From NCBI GenBank assembly GCA_964403245.1, contig CAYOEW010000001.1, forward strand, positions 1 to 37,049: 37,049 nucleotides of DNA, given 5' to 3'. Source of the DNA: an uncultured Lachnospiraceae bacterium. GTDB lineage: Bacteria; Bacillota; Clostridia; Christensenellales; UBA1242. The number at the start of each line of letters is the position of its first letter. Positions within the stretch are counted from its first letter, which is position 1. Made by a program: the position numbers and the translations under genes. The notes below the pieces were generated by a model. It worked only from the letters and a program-made list of their open reading frames with translations, made no database searches and had not been told where the DNA came from. Of the stretch, positions 1 to 9,700 are shown piece by piece.

Positions 1-337
1 TTTGAAGAACTATCCAAAAGACATCAAAGCATTCTATATGCGTCAAAATGATGACGGAAAGACCGTTGCAGCTGTTGACTTGCTTGTTCCGGGCATTGGA
101 GAACTCATTGGTGGAAGTCAAAGAGAAGAGCGTGTGGAAAAATTGACATCACGCATGGACGAACTTGGACTCAAACGCGAGGACTACACATGGTATATTG
201 ACACTCGCCGTTATGGAACAAACATTCACTCTGGATATGGAATTGGATTTGAAAGACTTGTGATGTATCTTACTGGTGCGTCAAACATCCGTGATGTTGA
301 ACTTTTCCCAAGAACTGTTGGTTCAATTCAAGGTTAA
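1..337 (+). CDS. asnS: Asparagine--tRNA ligase, C-terminal part (5' truncated by window edge)
   Basis: [22 protein letters not shown] and motif 3 [18 protein letters not shown], typical of AsnRS. Confidence 0.95.
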   Translation, partial: LKNYPKDIKAFYMRQNDDGKTVAAVDLLVPGIGELIGGSQREERVEKLTSRMDELGLKREDYTWYIDTRRYGTNIHSGYGIGFERLVMYLTGASNIRDVELFPRTVGSIQG

Positions 338-342
338 AAAAC

Positions 343-371
343 AAAAGTTTGCCTTTTGGCAGACTTTTTTT
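343..371 (+). terminator. Intrinsic terminator after asnS
   Basis: AAAAGTTTGCC-TTTT-GGCAGACTTTT followed by a T tract. Confidence 0.8.
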
Positions 372-436
372 GTGTCATTTTTTGAATTTTGAAATAGAAT
401 GATAACAGGCGACAAATTGTTGCCAAAGGAGAAAAA

Positions 437-925
437 ATGTCAAGATGTAATTGCTGTTGCAATCACCCATGCCCAATTTTTTGCCCTTGCTCGCTTGAAT
501 GCAGTTCGAATGAAGTTGTCAACCCTGTGATTGAAAATCAATTTGGATATTTTAATAATTCGACCACGACAACAGTGGCTTCACAAGGTGTGGTTTTGGT
601 GACGTTAAGCCAATCTCAAGGCACAAGCATCACTCAAAGTTCAAGTGTTTCTGGTGGAATAAATTTGCTTGCTGGGACATATCAGGTGTCATATTTTGCA
701 AACGGAACAACCCCGGAAAACGAAAATTTCTCAATCAAACTTGAAATCGACTCAAATGAAGTGGCTGGGAGTGTGATAAATGTCAATCAAGAAAGCGGAG
801 ATGTTGTGTCGGCGTCACAGACAATTGTGATTTCACTGACACAGTCATCAACCTTGACACTTGTCAATAATTCTGCAAATTCGACAGTAATCACCAGCGC
901 AAGTGTTGTGATAAGAAGAATTTAA
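437..925 (+). CDS. Cys-rich N-terminus plus BclA C-terminal-like beta domain; probable spore surface protein
   Basis: RBS AAGGAG; N-terminus CNCCCNHPCPIFCPCSLEC; C-terminal pattern G.I.L.AGTYQVSY...STLTLVN...SASVVIRRI resembles the BclA_C/C1q-like domain. Confidence 0.6.
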   Translation: MSRCNCCCNHPCPIFCPCSLECSSNEVVNPVIENQFGYFNNSTTTTVASQGVVLVTLSQSQGTSITQSSSVSGGINLLAGTYQVSYFANGTTPENENFSIKLEIDSNEVAGSVINVNQESGDVVSASQTIVISLTQSSTLTLVNNSANSTVITSASVVIRRI

Positions 926-1075
926 GATTTTCTGCAAAAAAATGGATGACATATATTTTTTTCTTAAAAATTGTTTGCATTTATGTTTTGGTTTAGTTAA
1001 AATGAAAATGTAAGAAGACTTTTTGCTTTTGCATAGAAAAAATTCTTTCACACAAATTAAAAACAGGGGGTTGTC

Positions 1076-1210
1076 ATGGAAAATAAGTTTAACGATATTA
1101 TTGATGAACTCAACTGGGAAATGGTGAAGATGTCTGATGGTAATGCGGAAGCGGTGCAGACATTCGTGCAAGAAAGAAACCGCATAAGAGAAAACGAGCA
1201 AAAAACTTAA
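1076..1210 (+). CDS. 44-aa small protein upstream of recO (YqzL-like position), absent from the ORF track
   Basis: RBS AGGGGG, ATG 1076, MENKFNDIIDELNWEMVKMSDGNAEAVQTFVQERNRIRENEQKT*. Confidence 0.6.
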   Translation: MENKFNDIIDELNWEMVKMSDGNAEAVQTFVQERNRIRENEQKT

Positions 1211-1241
1211 AAAAGAAAACAGCACAAAAGAGAAGATATAG

Positions 1242-1964
1242 ATGTCAGAAAAAATCAAAGCAATTGTTTTAAAAGCAAACGATAGGAAAGAGAAGGATAA
1301 GAATGTTCTTCTTTTTTCTCTTGAAAAAGGAAAAATTTGGGCGACTCTCAAAGGTGTGAAATCTCCAAAAGCAAAGATGAAAGGTGCACAAAATCCTTTT
1401 ACTTTTGGGGAGTTTTTGATTGAAGAAGGAAAAGCCGGATTGATTGTTACTGGTTTTGAAAGCCTTGAAAGTTTCCATGAAATAAGCGAAGATATTGACA
1501 AATTTTTTGAAGGGTCAGCTGTGCTCCAAGCCATTTCTCTTATTGAAATTTCGGATAATATTGCACAATATTTTGCACTTGCTCTCAAAACTCTCAAAAC
1601 AATTTGTTTTTCAAAAACCCGTCCATACTATGCTTTGGACAAGTTTATGCTGGACTTTTTTGCTTTGAGCGGAACTCCGCTTGTGACGGGGAAATGCTCG
1701 TGTTGTTCAAGCACCGCAAATGAGAGATATTTTCTTGACTATAAAGACGGCGAACTCGTCTGTGCGGGTTGCAAAGGGTTTGGTTGTGAAGAACTCTCAA
1801 AAACAACATATATGGCGCTGAAAATTTTGAGTAATGCAGATTTTGACGGTTTGCAAACAATCAAACTTTCGGAAGGAAGTGAATTGGCGCTGTTGAGAGT
1901 TTTGTGCAGAAATTTTCAAGCGCGCTTTGACAAGACTTTGAAGTTGATTGGAATTTTTGAATAA
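1242..1964 (+). CDS. recO: DNA repair protein RecO
   Basis: N-terminal OB fold (KAIVLK...EKDK...GK...KGVKSPK) and C4 zinc finger CSCC...CAGC. Confidence 0.9.
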   Translation: MSEKIKAIVLKANDRKEKDKNVLLFSLEKGKIWATLKGVKSPKAKMKGAQNPFTFGEFLIEEGKAGLIVTGFESLESFHEISEDIDKFFEGSAVLQAISLIEISDNIAQYFALALKTLKTICFSKTRPYYALDKFMLDFFALSGTPLVTGKCSCCSSTANERYFLDYKDGELVCAGCKGFGCEELSKTTYMALKILSNADFDGLQTIKLSEGSELALLRVLCRNFQARFDKTLKLIGIFE

Positions 1965-1968
1965 TCAA

Positions 1969-2820
1969 TCAAAGTTCGTCAATTGAAATATCATCAATTT
2001 TGCCACTTGAAACGGAGAATGTGACAAAATTTTTTTTATGGTCCGAAATTGTGATAAACTGATTTTTTGTAAGTGGCAAAAATTCCTTCAAATTTCCAAA
2101 AAAACTTTGAAGAGTTGCAGTGTCAATATTGTTTTTCAAATTGTCCGCAAGACAGTCAAGTGCATAGGCATAATCTTTCGCTTTGACGCTTTCCAAAAGT
2201 TGAAAAGGCAAAAGTCCTTCAATGTTTTTTCGTAAGTTATGCGAAAAACTTTCATTTTCAACAGTCACATCATCGCCAAGTTTATATTTTGCCTGTTTTT
2301 GACGAGAAAGACTGTCGCAGAATTTCTTTGTGAGAGTGATTTCATCATCTTTGAGAGAAATTTCTTCACCTGAAAAACTGAAAAGTTTGTTGTTTTGCAT
2401 GTTTAATGCAAAAATTTCATTATCAAAAATCACACAAGCAAAACTTTTTATTTTTTGTGTTTTGAAGGGTTGGTTTTTGTGTGGAATGGAAAATTTGTGA
2501 GTTTCCGTTTCAAATTCAAGACTGCTTTCATTTACACAAATGTTGCATGTTTTCCCCGAAATCGTCATTTTTTCCTTTTTTGAGATATTGACTTTTTTTG
2601 GTGGTTCAAGAATGACAAAAGTTTGATTTTCGTGATTTATGATTGAATAAAATTCATTTTCACACGAAAAATCAATTTGAAATGGCAGTTGATTTGCTTG
2701 CGGATAGACGAAAACAATGTGCTCATCTTCGATTTCCAAATTATCATTTTTTTCAAGTTGACAAAAGTCATTTTGAGTTTTAACAAGACATGGGTATGTG
2801 GTTTTTAATGTATATTTCAT
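1969..2820 (-). CDS. Hypothetical protein, probably sigmaE-controlled
   Basis: 283-aa ORF convergent with recO; consensus sigmaE promoter immediately upstream. Confidence 0.7.
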   Translation of the reverse strand: MKYTLKTTYPCLVKTQNDFCQLEKNDNLEIEDEHIVFVYPQANQLPFQIDFSCENEFYSIINHENQTFVILEPPKKVNISKKEKMTISGKTCNICVNESSLEFETETHKFSIPHKNQPFKTQKIKSFACVIFDNEIFALNMQNNKLFSFSGEEISLKDDEITLTKKFCDSLSRQKQAKYKLGDDVTVENESFSHNLRKNIEGLLPFQLLESVKAKDYAYALDCLADNLKNNIDTATLQSFFGNLKEFLPLTKNQFITISDHKKNFVTFSVSSGKIDDISIDEL

Positions 2821-2825
2821 ATTAA

Positions 2826-2854
2826 ACTATATGTTTTTGCAAAAAAAAATATGA
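2826..2854 (-). promoter_or_regulatory. sigmaE-type (mother-cell) promoter
   Basis: Minus strand TCATATT-N14-CATATAGT, 5 nt before ATG 2820. Confidence 0.65.
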
Positions 2855-2861
2855 AAAAACA

Positions 2862-2890
2862 GATTAAACTTTCTTTTTTTGGCAAGAATT
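2862..2890 (+). promoter_or_regulatory. sigmaF-like (forespore) promoter
   Basis: GATTA-N14-GGCAAGAATT ahead of RBS AGGAG and ATG 2908. Confidence 0.4.
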
Positions 2891-2907
2891 TATTACAGGA
2901 GAGAAGA

Positions 2908-3639
2908 ATGAAAATTTGGAATGATAAAGAAGTTAAAAAACTTTTTGAAAGTGTTGAAAAGTGCAAAATTGAAGGAAAATCTTTGAAAAATGCCTTTTCC
3001 TTGCATGCAAAGGATTTCAAAAGAAAACCAAACAGCGTAAGAAATTATTATTACAAAGAAGTCGACAATCTCAAGTCTGACAACTTGCGTTGTGAAAGAT
3101 TGAAAATTGACCTTGACAAGCATATAAAAAACCATTTTGTTGTTTTTGGGCAGGAAGAGAGTGAACAATTAAAGCAGATTGAAAATTTGCATAAACAAGG
3201 ATATTCTGTTCGTTCGGCATGTCAAAAAGTAAGTGGCGGAGATTTGACATTGATGACAAGGTTGCAAAACAAATTTCAAAACGAAAAGAAGAAAAATATG
3301 GGAGAAATCATCCAATTTCGCCGTCAAAAAACTCTTACGGAAAACGAAATCAACAGCTTGTTTTTGGGGCTTGTCAAACTTATCAAAAAGATGGCACTTG
3401 AAGATGCGTTGCAAAAGACTCAATCACAGAGAATGTCGTCTGAGAATTTGCTTAAAAAAGCGTTTGAGGATTTGGAAAAGAAGGAGAAAACCATCTCTCA
3501 ACTGCGAAACGATTTCAAATTGATGAAGTTGGAAAATGAAAAGTTGATTGAGAAACTTAAAAAGGTTGAAACAAGCAAAAATCAAGAACTAAAAAAGCAT
3601 TTTCAACAAAAAAGATTGGCACAAACTTCGGAAAGTTAA
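2908..3639 (+). CDS. RsfA-like transcriptional regulator (Myb-like N-terminus plus coiled coil)
   Basis: Start moved to ATG 2908 (RBS AGGAG). WNDKEVKKLFESV..EGKSLKNAF...KRKPNSVRNYY matches the RsfA W..EE..LL...EG...AF...R pattern; C-terminal heptads. Confidence 0.55.
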   Translation: MKIWNDKEVKKLFESVEKCKIEGKSLKNAFSLHAKDFKRKPNSVRNYYYKEVDNLKSDNLRCERLKIDLDKHIKNHFVVFGQEESEQLKQIENLHKQGYSVRSACQKVSGGDLTLMTRLQNKFQNEKKKNMGEIIQFRRQKTLTENEINSLFLGLVKLIKKMALEDALQKTQSQRMSSENLLKKAFEDLEKKEKTISQLRNDFKLMKLENEKLIEKLKKVETSKNQELKKHFQQKRLAQTSES

Positions 3640-3681
3640 AAAGTCTTTGATTTATTTGTTATTTTGTGCTAAAATCATGAT

Positions 3682-6600
3682 GTGAAAATCATAATGTCTG
3701 ACACAACTTTTGAAGCGGGTAAAAGTGTCATAAAGAAAATTGATGTAACTGACTTTTCAAAGAAAAACCTTGTGGTTGTTCCTGACAGTTTTTCCATGCA
3801 AGCAGAAAGTTTGATTTTTGACTGCCTTAACATCAAATCAACCTTCAATATTGAAGTTGTTGGAATTTCAAGGCTTGCAAGCAAGTTGCTCCGACAAAAC
3901 AACATTCCCTTCTCACGCATAAGTGGGATTGAAGAGATTTTTTGCATACACAAAGCGGTCAAAGAAAATGAAAACAACTTCAAATTTTTTCATAAATGTG
4001 GAATTGATTTGTGTTTGAAAATTTTGCAAGTCATCAAACAGTTCAAGGCATGCCACGTGACGTATGAACAGATAAAGACAACCAAAGACTTGTTTTTGGA
4101 TGAAAAAATGCATGACCTGAAACTTATCTATCAAAGTTATGAGAAGTTTTTGGGAGAAAAACTTGACCTTTCAAAATTGCTCGATTTTTTCCTTGAAAAT
4201 GTTCAAGAGAAGTTGAATTTGAAAGATGTAAACTTGTTTTTTGCAAATTTTGACAGTTTTTCGCCGGAAATAAATGCTTTTATTTGCAAAATGGCGGAAT
4301 ATGTAAACGAAATTTACATTGGAATGGCAAGTCCGACAAGTGTGGGAAATGCGTTTATTTTTGAAGATGACATTTTGAAAAAAACGACAAAATATGCAAG
4401 AGAATTTGGCAAGGTTGTGGATGTTGAAAAAACGCCTGTGTCGTTTGACGGAGAAAGACTTGTAATGCTCAAAAATCTCTTTTCGTTTGATGTTGAGAAG
4501 GGGAAAAGTGATTATTTTGCAAACATAATTGGAAAAAATGCGGATGACGAAGTTGAATTTGTTGCGAAATACATAAAATATCAAATTTTCCATGGAGCAA
4601 AACTCAAAGATTTTGCTGTTGCGATTGCTGACGAAAGTTATTATGACAAAATAAAGACAATTTTTCCGAAATTTGGACTTTTATCATATTGCGACACGGC
4701 AACTGACTTGTCGACCACAGTGATTGGAAAGTTTGTTCAAAAAATATTGCAAATTGGGAAGTTTGGATTCAGAAAAGAAAATTTGGAATATTTGGTGTCA
4801 TGTGCGTTGTTGAAAAATGATGAAAAAGAGAAAATTTTAAGCGAAATTTCATATTTTGATATTCAAGATGAAGAAGAATTTTTGACTCGTGAACCAGAAT
4901 ATAAGACAATCATTTTTTTGATAAATCAACTGAAAAAATGCAAAAAAATCGGTGATTTTGTTAATATTTTGAGTGAAATTTTGAAATTTACAGAAGAAAA
5001 TCAACAAAAATTGTTGCAAAATTTAAACGAAGAATGTGACTACAAAAAAGAAAGTGAAAACAAACAGAGTTACACTTTGATTTTGCAGGTTCTGGAAAAA
5101 ATTTCCGAATTGGGTGAAAGTGAAGAAGTTGAATATGCTGATTTTGAAAGAATTTTGCTTCTTGCGCTTTCAAGTGTGAAAGTGGAAACCATTCCTTCAT
5201 ATATTGACGCGGTTTTTGTTGGAGAAGTGACAAACAGTTATTTTGAGGACATTGACACACTTTTTGTTTTGGGTGCAACAGCGGACAAGTTGCCGAAAAC
5301 TCAAAATGACACAGCAATCATCGATGATGATGACATAAAAAAACTCAAACTTCAGTTTGCACTTGAACCTGAAATCAAAGTTTTGAACCGCAGAAACAGA
5401 CTTAAACTTTTTGAGTGTCTTTTTCACGCAAAAAAGAAATTGATTGTTTGTCAACCAATTGTTGCAGATGGAAAGATGACCCAGCAAGCAGGTTTTGTCA
5501 AGGATTTGTGTGAAATGTTTGGAAAAAATGTTGTTCAGACAGAGAGTGTTTGTGATTTCAACATTCAAGACTTGACAGAAGAAGAAAAACTTGACAAATT
5601 TTTGTTCTATTTGGGAAGTCGAAAGAATTTGAGAGATGGTATTTCAAAAATTTCAACAAATCTTGCTGAAATTCCACAAAAAAAGGTTTTGAAAATTCAA
5701 AATCCAAAAAGCAAAACAAAGATTTCTGCTTCAGAACTTGAGAGTTATTTTTCATGCCCATTCAAGAGATTTGTTTCATATGATTTGAAAATCAAACAAA
5801 AAGAAAATGTTCAGCCAAACAAAAGACTTTTTGGAGTTTTTGAGCATGCGCTTTTGCAAAAGTTTGTTGAAAAATTCAAAGAAAATCTTGGTGATTTAAC
5901 AGAAAAACAAGTTGATGATTTTTTGAACGAGAACGTTTCTTCTTTGGCTGAAAAAACATATGACAAAAAAGTTTTGAAAAAGAGTTTTTTGAGAATTTTG
6001 AGAAATGAAAGCAAAATAATTGTGAAAAATGTGATTTTTGAGCAAAAAAACAGCAAATTCAGACCAATTTCTCTTGAAGAAAAAATATTTGTTCCAATTT
6101 CTGATGACACAAATTTAATTGGATTTGTGGACAGAATTGACAAATTTGAAAAATATTTCCGAATATTTGACTACAAAACTGGCAAAACTGACAACATCAA
6201 AAAAGAACTTTATTATGGCAAAAAATTGCAACTTTTCTTATATGCAAACGCAGTTCAAAAGAAGCAAAAACTTGAGTGTGCTGGCGTTTACTATTTTGAT
6301 TGTCGAACGAAATACAAGAAAAACAACACTTCAAAAAATTTGTTGAATGGAATAACAAAAAAAGATAATGATGTTGTTCTTGCAACTGACACAAGACTTT
6401 GGCAAGAAAAATTCAAGAGTGATTTGATTGGCATGTCACAAAAAGTGAGTGCAAAGGAGAATGAGTTCGCATTCAAAAATGGGAACGCTGTGGAAAATTT
6501 ACAAGAATATTTTGAATATTCACAGCAGATTTCCCAAAAAGCAATCAAACAGATTAAGGAAGGATATATAGATCCAAATCCATTTGCTGGTGAATGTCAA

Positions 6601-6711
6601 TTTTGTCCATATGTTGCCATTTGCAAACATGTTGAAAGTGATGGACAAAGATTGATGCAGTCGATCAAAGAAAACAAATCTTCAAACAAAGGAAAAATAG
6701 ATGAGAATTGA
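3682..6711 (+). CDS. addB: ATP-dependent helicase/nuclease subunit B (AddB/RexB)
   Basis: VVVPDSFS, SASELESYFSCPF, GFVDRID, DYKTG, KLQLFLY and C-terminal CQFCPYVAIC (Fe-S staple); overlaps addA start. Confidence 0.9.
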   Translation: MKIIMSDTTFEAGKSVIKKIDVTDFSKKNLVVVPDSFSMQAESLIFDCLNIKSTFNIEVVGISRLASKLLRQNNIPFSRISGIEEIFCIHKAVKENENNFKFFHKCGIDLCLKILQVIKQFKACHVTYEQIKTTKDLFLDEKMHDLKLIYQSYEKFLGEKLDLSKLLDFFLENVQEKLNLKDVNLFFANFDSFSPEINAFICKMAEYVNEIYIGMASPTSVGNAFIFEDDILKKTTKYAREFGKVVDVEKTPVSFDGERLVMLKNLFSFDVEKGKSDYFANIIGKNADDEVEFVAKYIKYQIFHGAKLKDFAVAIADESYYDKIKTIFPKFGLLSYCDTATDLSTTVIGKFVQKILQIGKFGFRKENLEYLVSCALLKNDEKEKILSEISYFDIQDEEEFLTREPEYKTIIFLINQLKKCKKIGDFVNILSEILKFTEENQQKLLQNLNEECDYKKESENKQSYTLILQVLEKISELGESEEVEYADFERILLLALSSVKVETIPSYIDAVFVGEVTNSYFEDIDTLFVLGATADKLPKTQNDTAIIDDDDIKKLKLQFALEPEIKVLNRRNRLKLFECLFHAKKKLIVCQPIVADGKMTQQAGFVKDLCEMFGKNVVQTESVCDFNIQDLTEEEKLDKFLFYLGSRKNLRDGISKISTNLAEIPQKKVLKIQNPKSKTKISASELESYFSCPFKRFVSYDLKIKQKENVQPNKRLFGVFEHALLQKFVEKFKENLGDLTEKQVDDFLNENVSSLAEKTYDKKVLKKSFLRILRNESKIIVKNVIFEQKNSKFRPISLEEKIFVPISDDTNLIGFVDRIDKFEKYFRIFDYKTGKTDNIKKELYYGKKLQLFLYANAVQKKQKLECAGVYYFDCRTKYKKNNTSKNLLNGITKKDNDVVLATDTRLWQEKFKSDLIGMSQKVSAKENEFAFKNGNAVENLQEYFEYSQQISQKAIKQIKEGYIDPNPFAGECQFCPYVAICKHVESDGQRLMQSIKENKSSNKGKIDEN

Positions 6712-9700
6712 AGAACAGGAAAAAGTCCTTGCGAATAACAAAAAAAATATGTTAGTCAGTGCCAGCGCGGGCAGTGGCAAGACATATATCATGATCAAAT
6801 ATATTTGCAAACTTATTTGTGAAGACAGAATTCCTGTGCAAGAATTCCTTGTGCTTACATTCACAAAAGTTGCCGCCACCGAGATGAAGGAGAGATTGCA
6901 ATCAAGACTGAAAGAAGCAGGAAATGATGAATTTATCATCTCTCAACTTGACGCACTTTCGACCGCAAATATTTCAACAATTCACTCTTTTTGCGAAAAA
7001 ATGTTGAAAAAATATGCAAATTTGGTTGGTTTAAACGAGAATTTTGCAGTTGCGGATGAAGCATATTCTCAAAAAATAAGATGTATGGCATTTGATGACG
7101 CTCTGAAAATTATGGAAAAAGAAAAACCTGATGATTTTTTGACGTTGGTTGAAGTGTTTAAAAACGACAAAGAAAAAATCAGAGAAATTATTTTTCAAAT
7201 TGAAGAAATGGCAAATTCAGTGGCTGACAGGGAAGATTTTTTTGCAAAATGCGTTGAAAAAGGTCAATATGAAAAAGCAGAAAAATATTTGTATGAAAAT
7301 TATTTGAAAAATCTGCAAAAAAACATCAACACAATTGAAAAATTGCATGTTTTTGATTTTGAAACAAAGATAAAAGAAGCATTATATCCAATTTTTAACA
7401 GCAAAAATCTTTGCGAAATTGCAAAAGTGGAGTTTTCATTCCCAAATTTACCAAAGAAAAAGGACGTTGGAGAAGATGTTGTAAAAAAACTTCAATCAAT
7501 CAAAAAAGACATAAACAAAACATTGGAAAAAATCCAATTGTTGAATTTGGGTGACGAGGAAAATGTTGAATTTCAAAGAAATGGCGTTTTGGAAAAACAG
7601 TTGGTTGATTTGTTTAAAAACTATGAAAACAGAGAAAATTTAATAAAAAAATCACAAAATTTGTTGGATTTTTATGATTTGGAAAAATATATGAGCAAAT
7701 TATCGCAAAATGAAAATCTTTTTGCGGGTTTTAAGTATGTTTTTGTGGATGAATATCAGGATACAAACAAAATTCAAGAAAAAATCATAAAAAATGTCGC
7801 AAAAAACTGTAATTTTGTGGCGGTTGGCGATGTAAAACAAGGGATTTATGGTTTTCGCCTTGCGCGTCCGGAAATTTTTTTGAAAGATGAAGTTGATTTC
7901 AAAAATTCAGATGATGGGACTGTGAATTATCTTCAATCAAATTTCAGAAGCAGTGAAAAAGTGCTGGGGTTTGTTAATGACATTTTCAAAGTTTGTATGA
8001 CGCAAGAGTCTGCTGGGGTGGATTATGAAGGGACATCAATGCTTCGTGGGATGTCAAAATTTGAAGATGACAAACAAAAAGCGGTGACAATTGATTTGGT
8101 TGTGCCGGACGAAAAAGTGACACAACAACTGCCAGATGTCTATGATGTTCAAAATGCACCAGTTGATGCGGTTCAAAAAAAATCAAAAATTCTTCTTGAT
8201 ATCAAAAGAAGAATTCAAGAAGTTTTGGAAAGCAAAATTTATGTTGACGGAACGTTTCGTGATTGCAAATATTCTGATATTGCAATTTGTGCAAGAAAGC
8301 GTGGTGAGTTTTTTGATGATTTGGAAAACTTTTTGATTGGAGAAGGAATTCCGGTTTCTTCAAATTCCAGGAATTTTCTTATGGATGATGTGGAAATCAA
8401 AATGCTTGTAAATTTTCTCAAAAATGCATTGAATATGGATGATGAAGTGGCATTGTTGAGTTGTTTGTTGAGCCCATTTTGTGACCTTTCTCTTCAAGAA
8501 ATACAAGATGAAAAAGGTAACGAAAATTTGTGTGATATTGTCAAAGAAGACAAAAATGGAAAATTTCAAAAATTCAACAAAAACTTGCAAAATTTCCGAA
8601 AAAATTGCATAATTTCTGGAATAAAAAGTGCATTTTTGACACTTTTTGAGGAGATTGGTTATCAAAGTTATATCAATTTAAGAAAGCCGAAATCAACCCC
8701 CTTTGTTGAGAAATTTCTTGAATCAATTTCTCAAAGTGGGTTTGAGTTTGACCTGCCTGCACTTATAAACTATTTTGAAATGGTGGACATTGTTGTGAAT
8801 GGACAGGTTTCTGCGATGGCTGATTGTGTCCTTTTGACGACAATTCACAACACAAAGGGTCTTGAATATCCAATTGTATTTTTGGTTGGATGTGACCAAA
8901 GTCTTTCAAAAGCAAAACCAAAATCCGACATTGAAATCAATGAAGAGTTTGGGCTTGCCGTCAAATTTTATGACAAAATTGACAACAATGAAGTCGTTGG
9001 GGTCAAAATGCGAGCAATTGAACATCAAAAGAAGAAAAAAGATTTTGTTGAGGAATTGATGATTTTCTATGTTGCGCTCACAAGGGCAAAAAACAGACTT
9101 TATCTTTTCGGGCAATATAATGACAGTTGTTTTGAGAAATTTGATTTGGAAAAATGTGATTCATATTTTGATTTCATTTTCTTTGCGCTCAAAAACGCAA
9201 AAGAAAAATTTTTGAAAGACAATTTTTTCGAAGATGAAAACATGCAAATCAACTTGATTGAAGACATTCAACAAAATCCGATTTCATCAGATGAAAAATT
9301 AAATAATTTTGAAATTTCATCAAAAAATGTTGAAAAAATTGAAAAATATCTTGATTTTTCGTATAAATTCAGTGAAAAGCAAAATTTCAAATTGAAAGAA
9401 AGTGTGACTCGCCTTTCCCAAAGAAACGCGGAAAATGATTTTGAAAAATATTCAAATGAAAATTTCTCTTTCGCCGGAGCGGGAGTTGAAATTGGGAATG
9501 CCTATCACCTTGCACTCAAAACCTTGGATTTTGAGAAAATTTCTTCTATTGAAGATTTGAAGAGAGAAAAAACAATCAACAACAAAATCTTTTGTGATAT
9601 TGAAAATCTTGTTGATGACAAAATTCTTTTGGAAAACATTTTGATGTTGAAAACGCTAACGCATGGCGGGACGGTCATGAAAGAAAAAGAGTTTGTCATG

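Noticed and set aside
848-1597. 249-aa minus-strand ORF
   Set aside because: Antisense shadow of recO and neighbours; no motif
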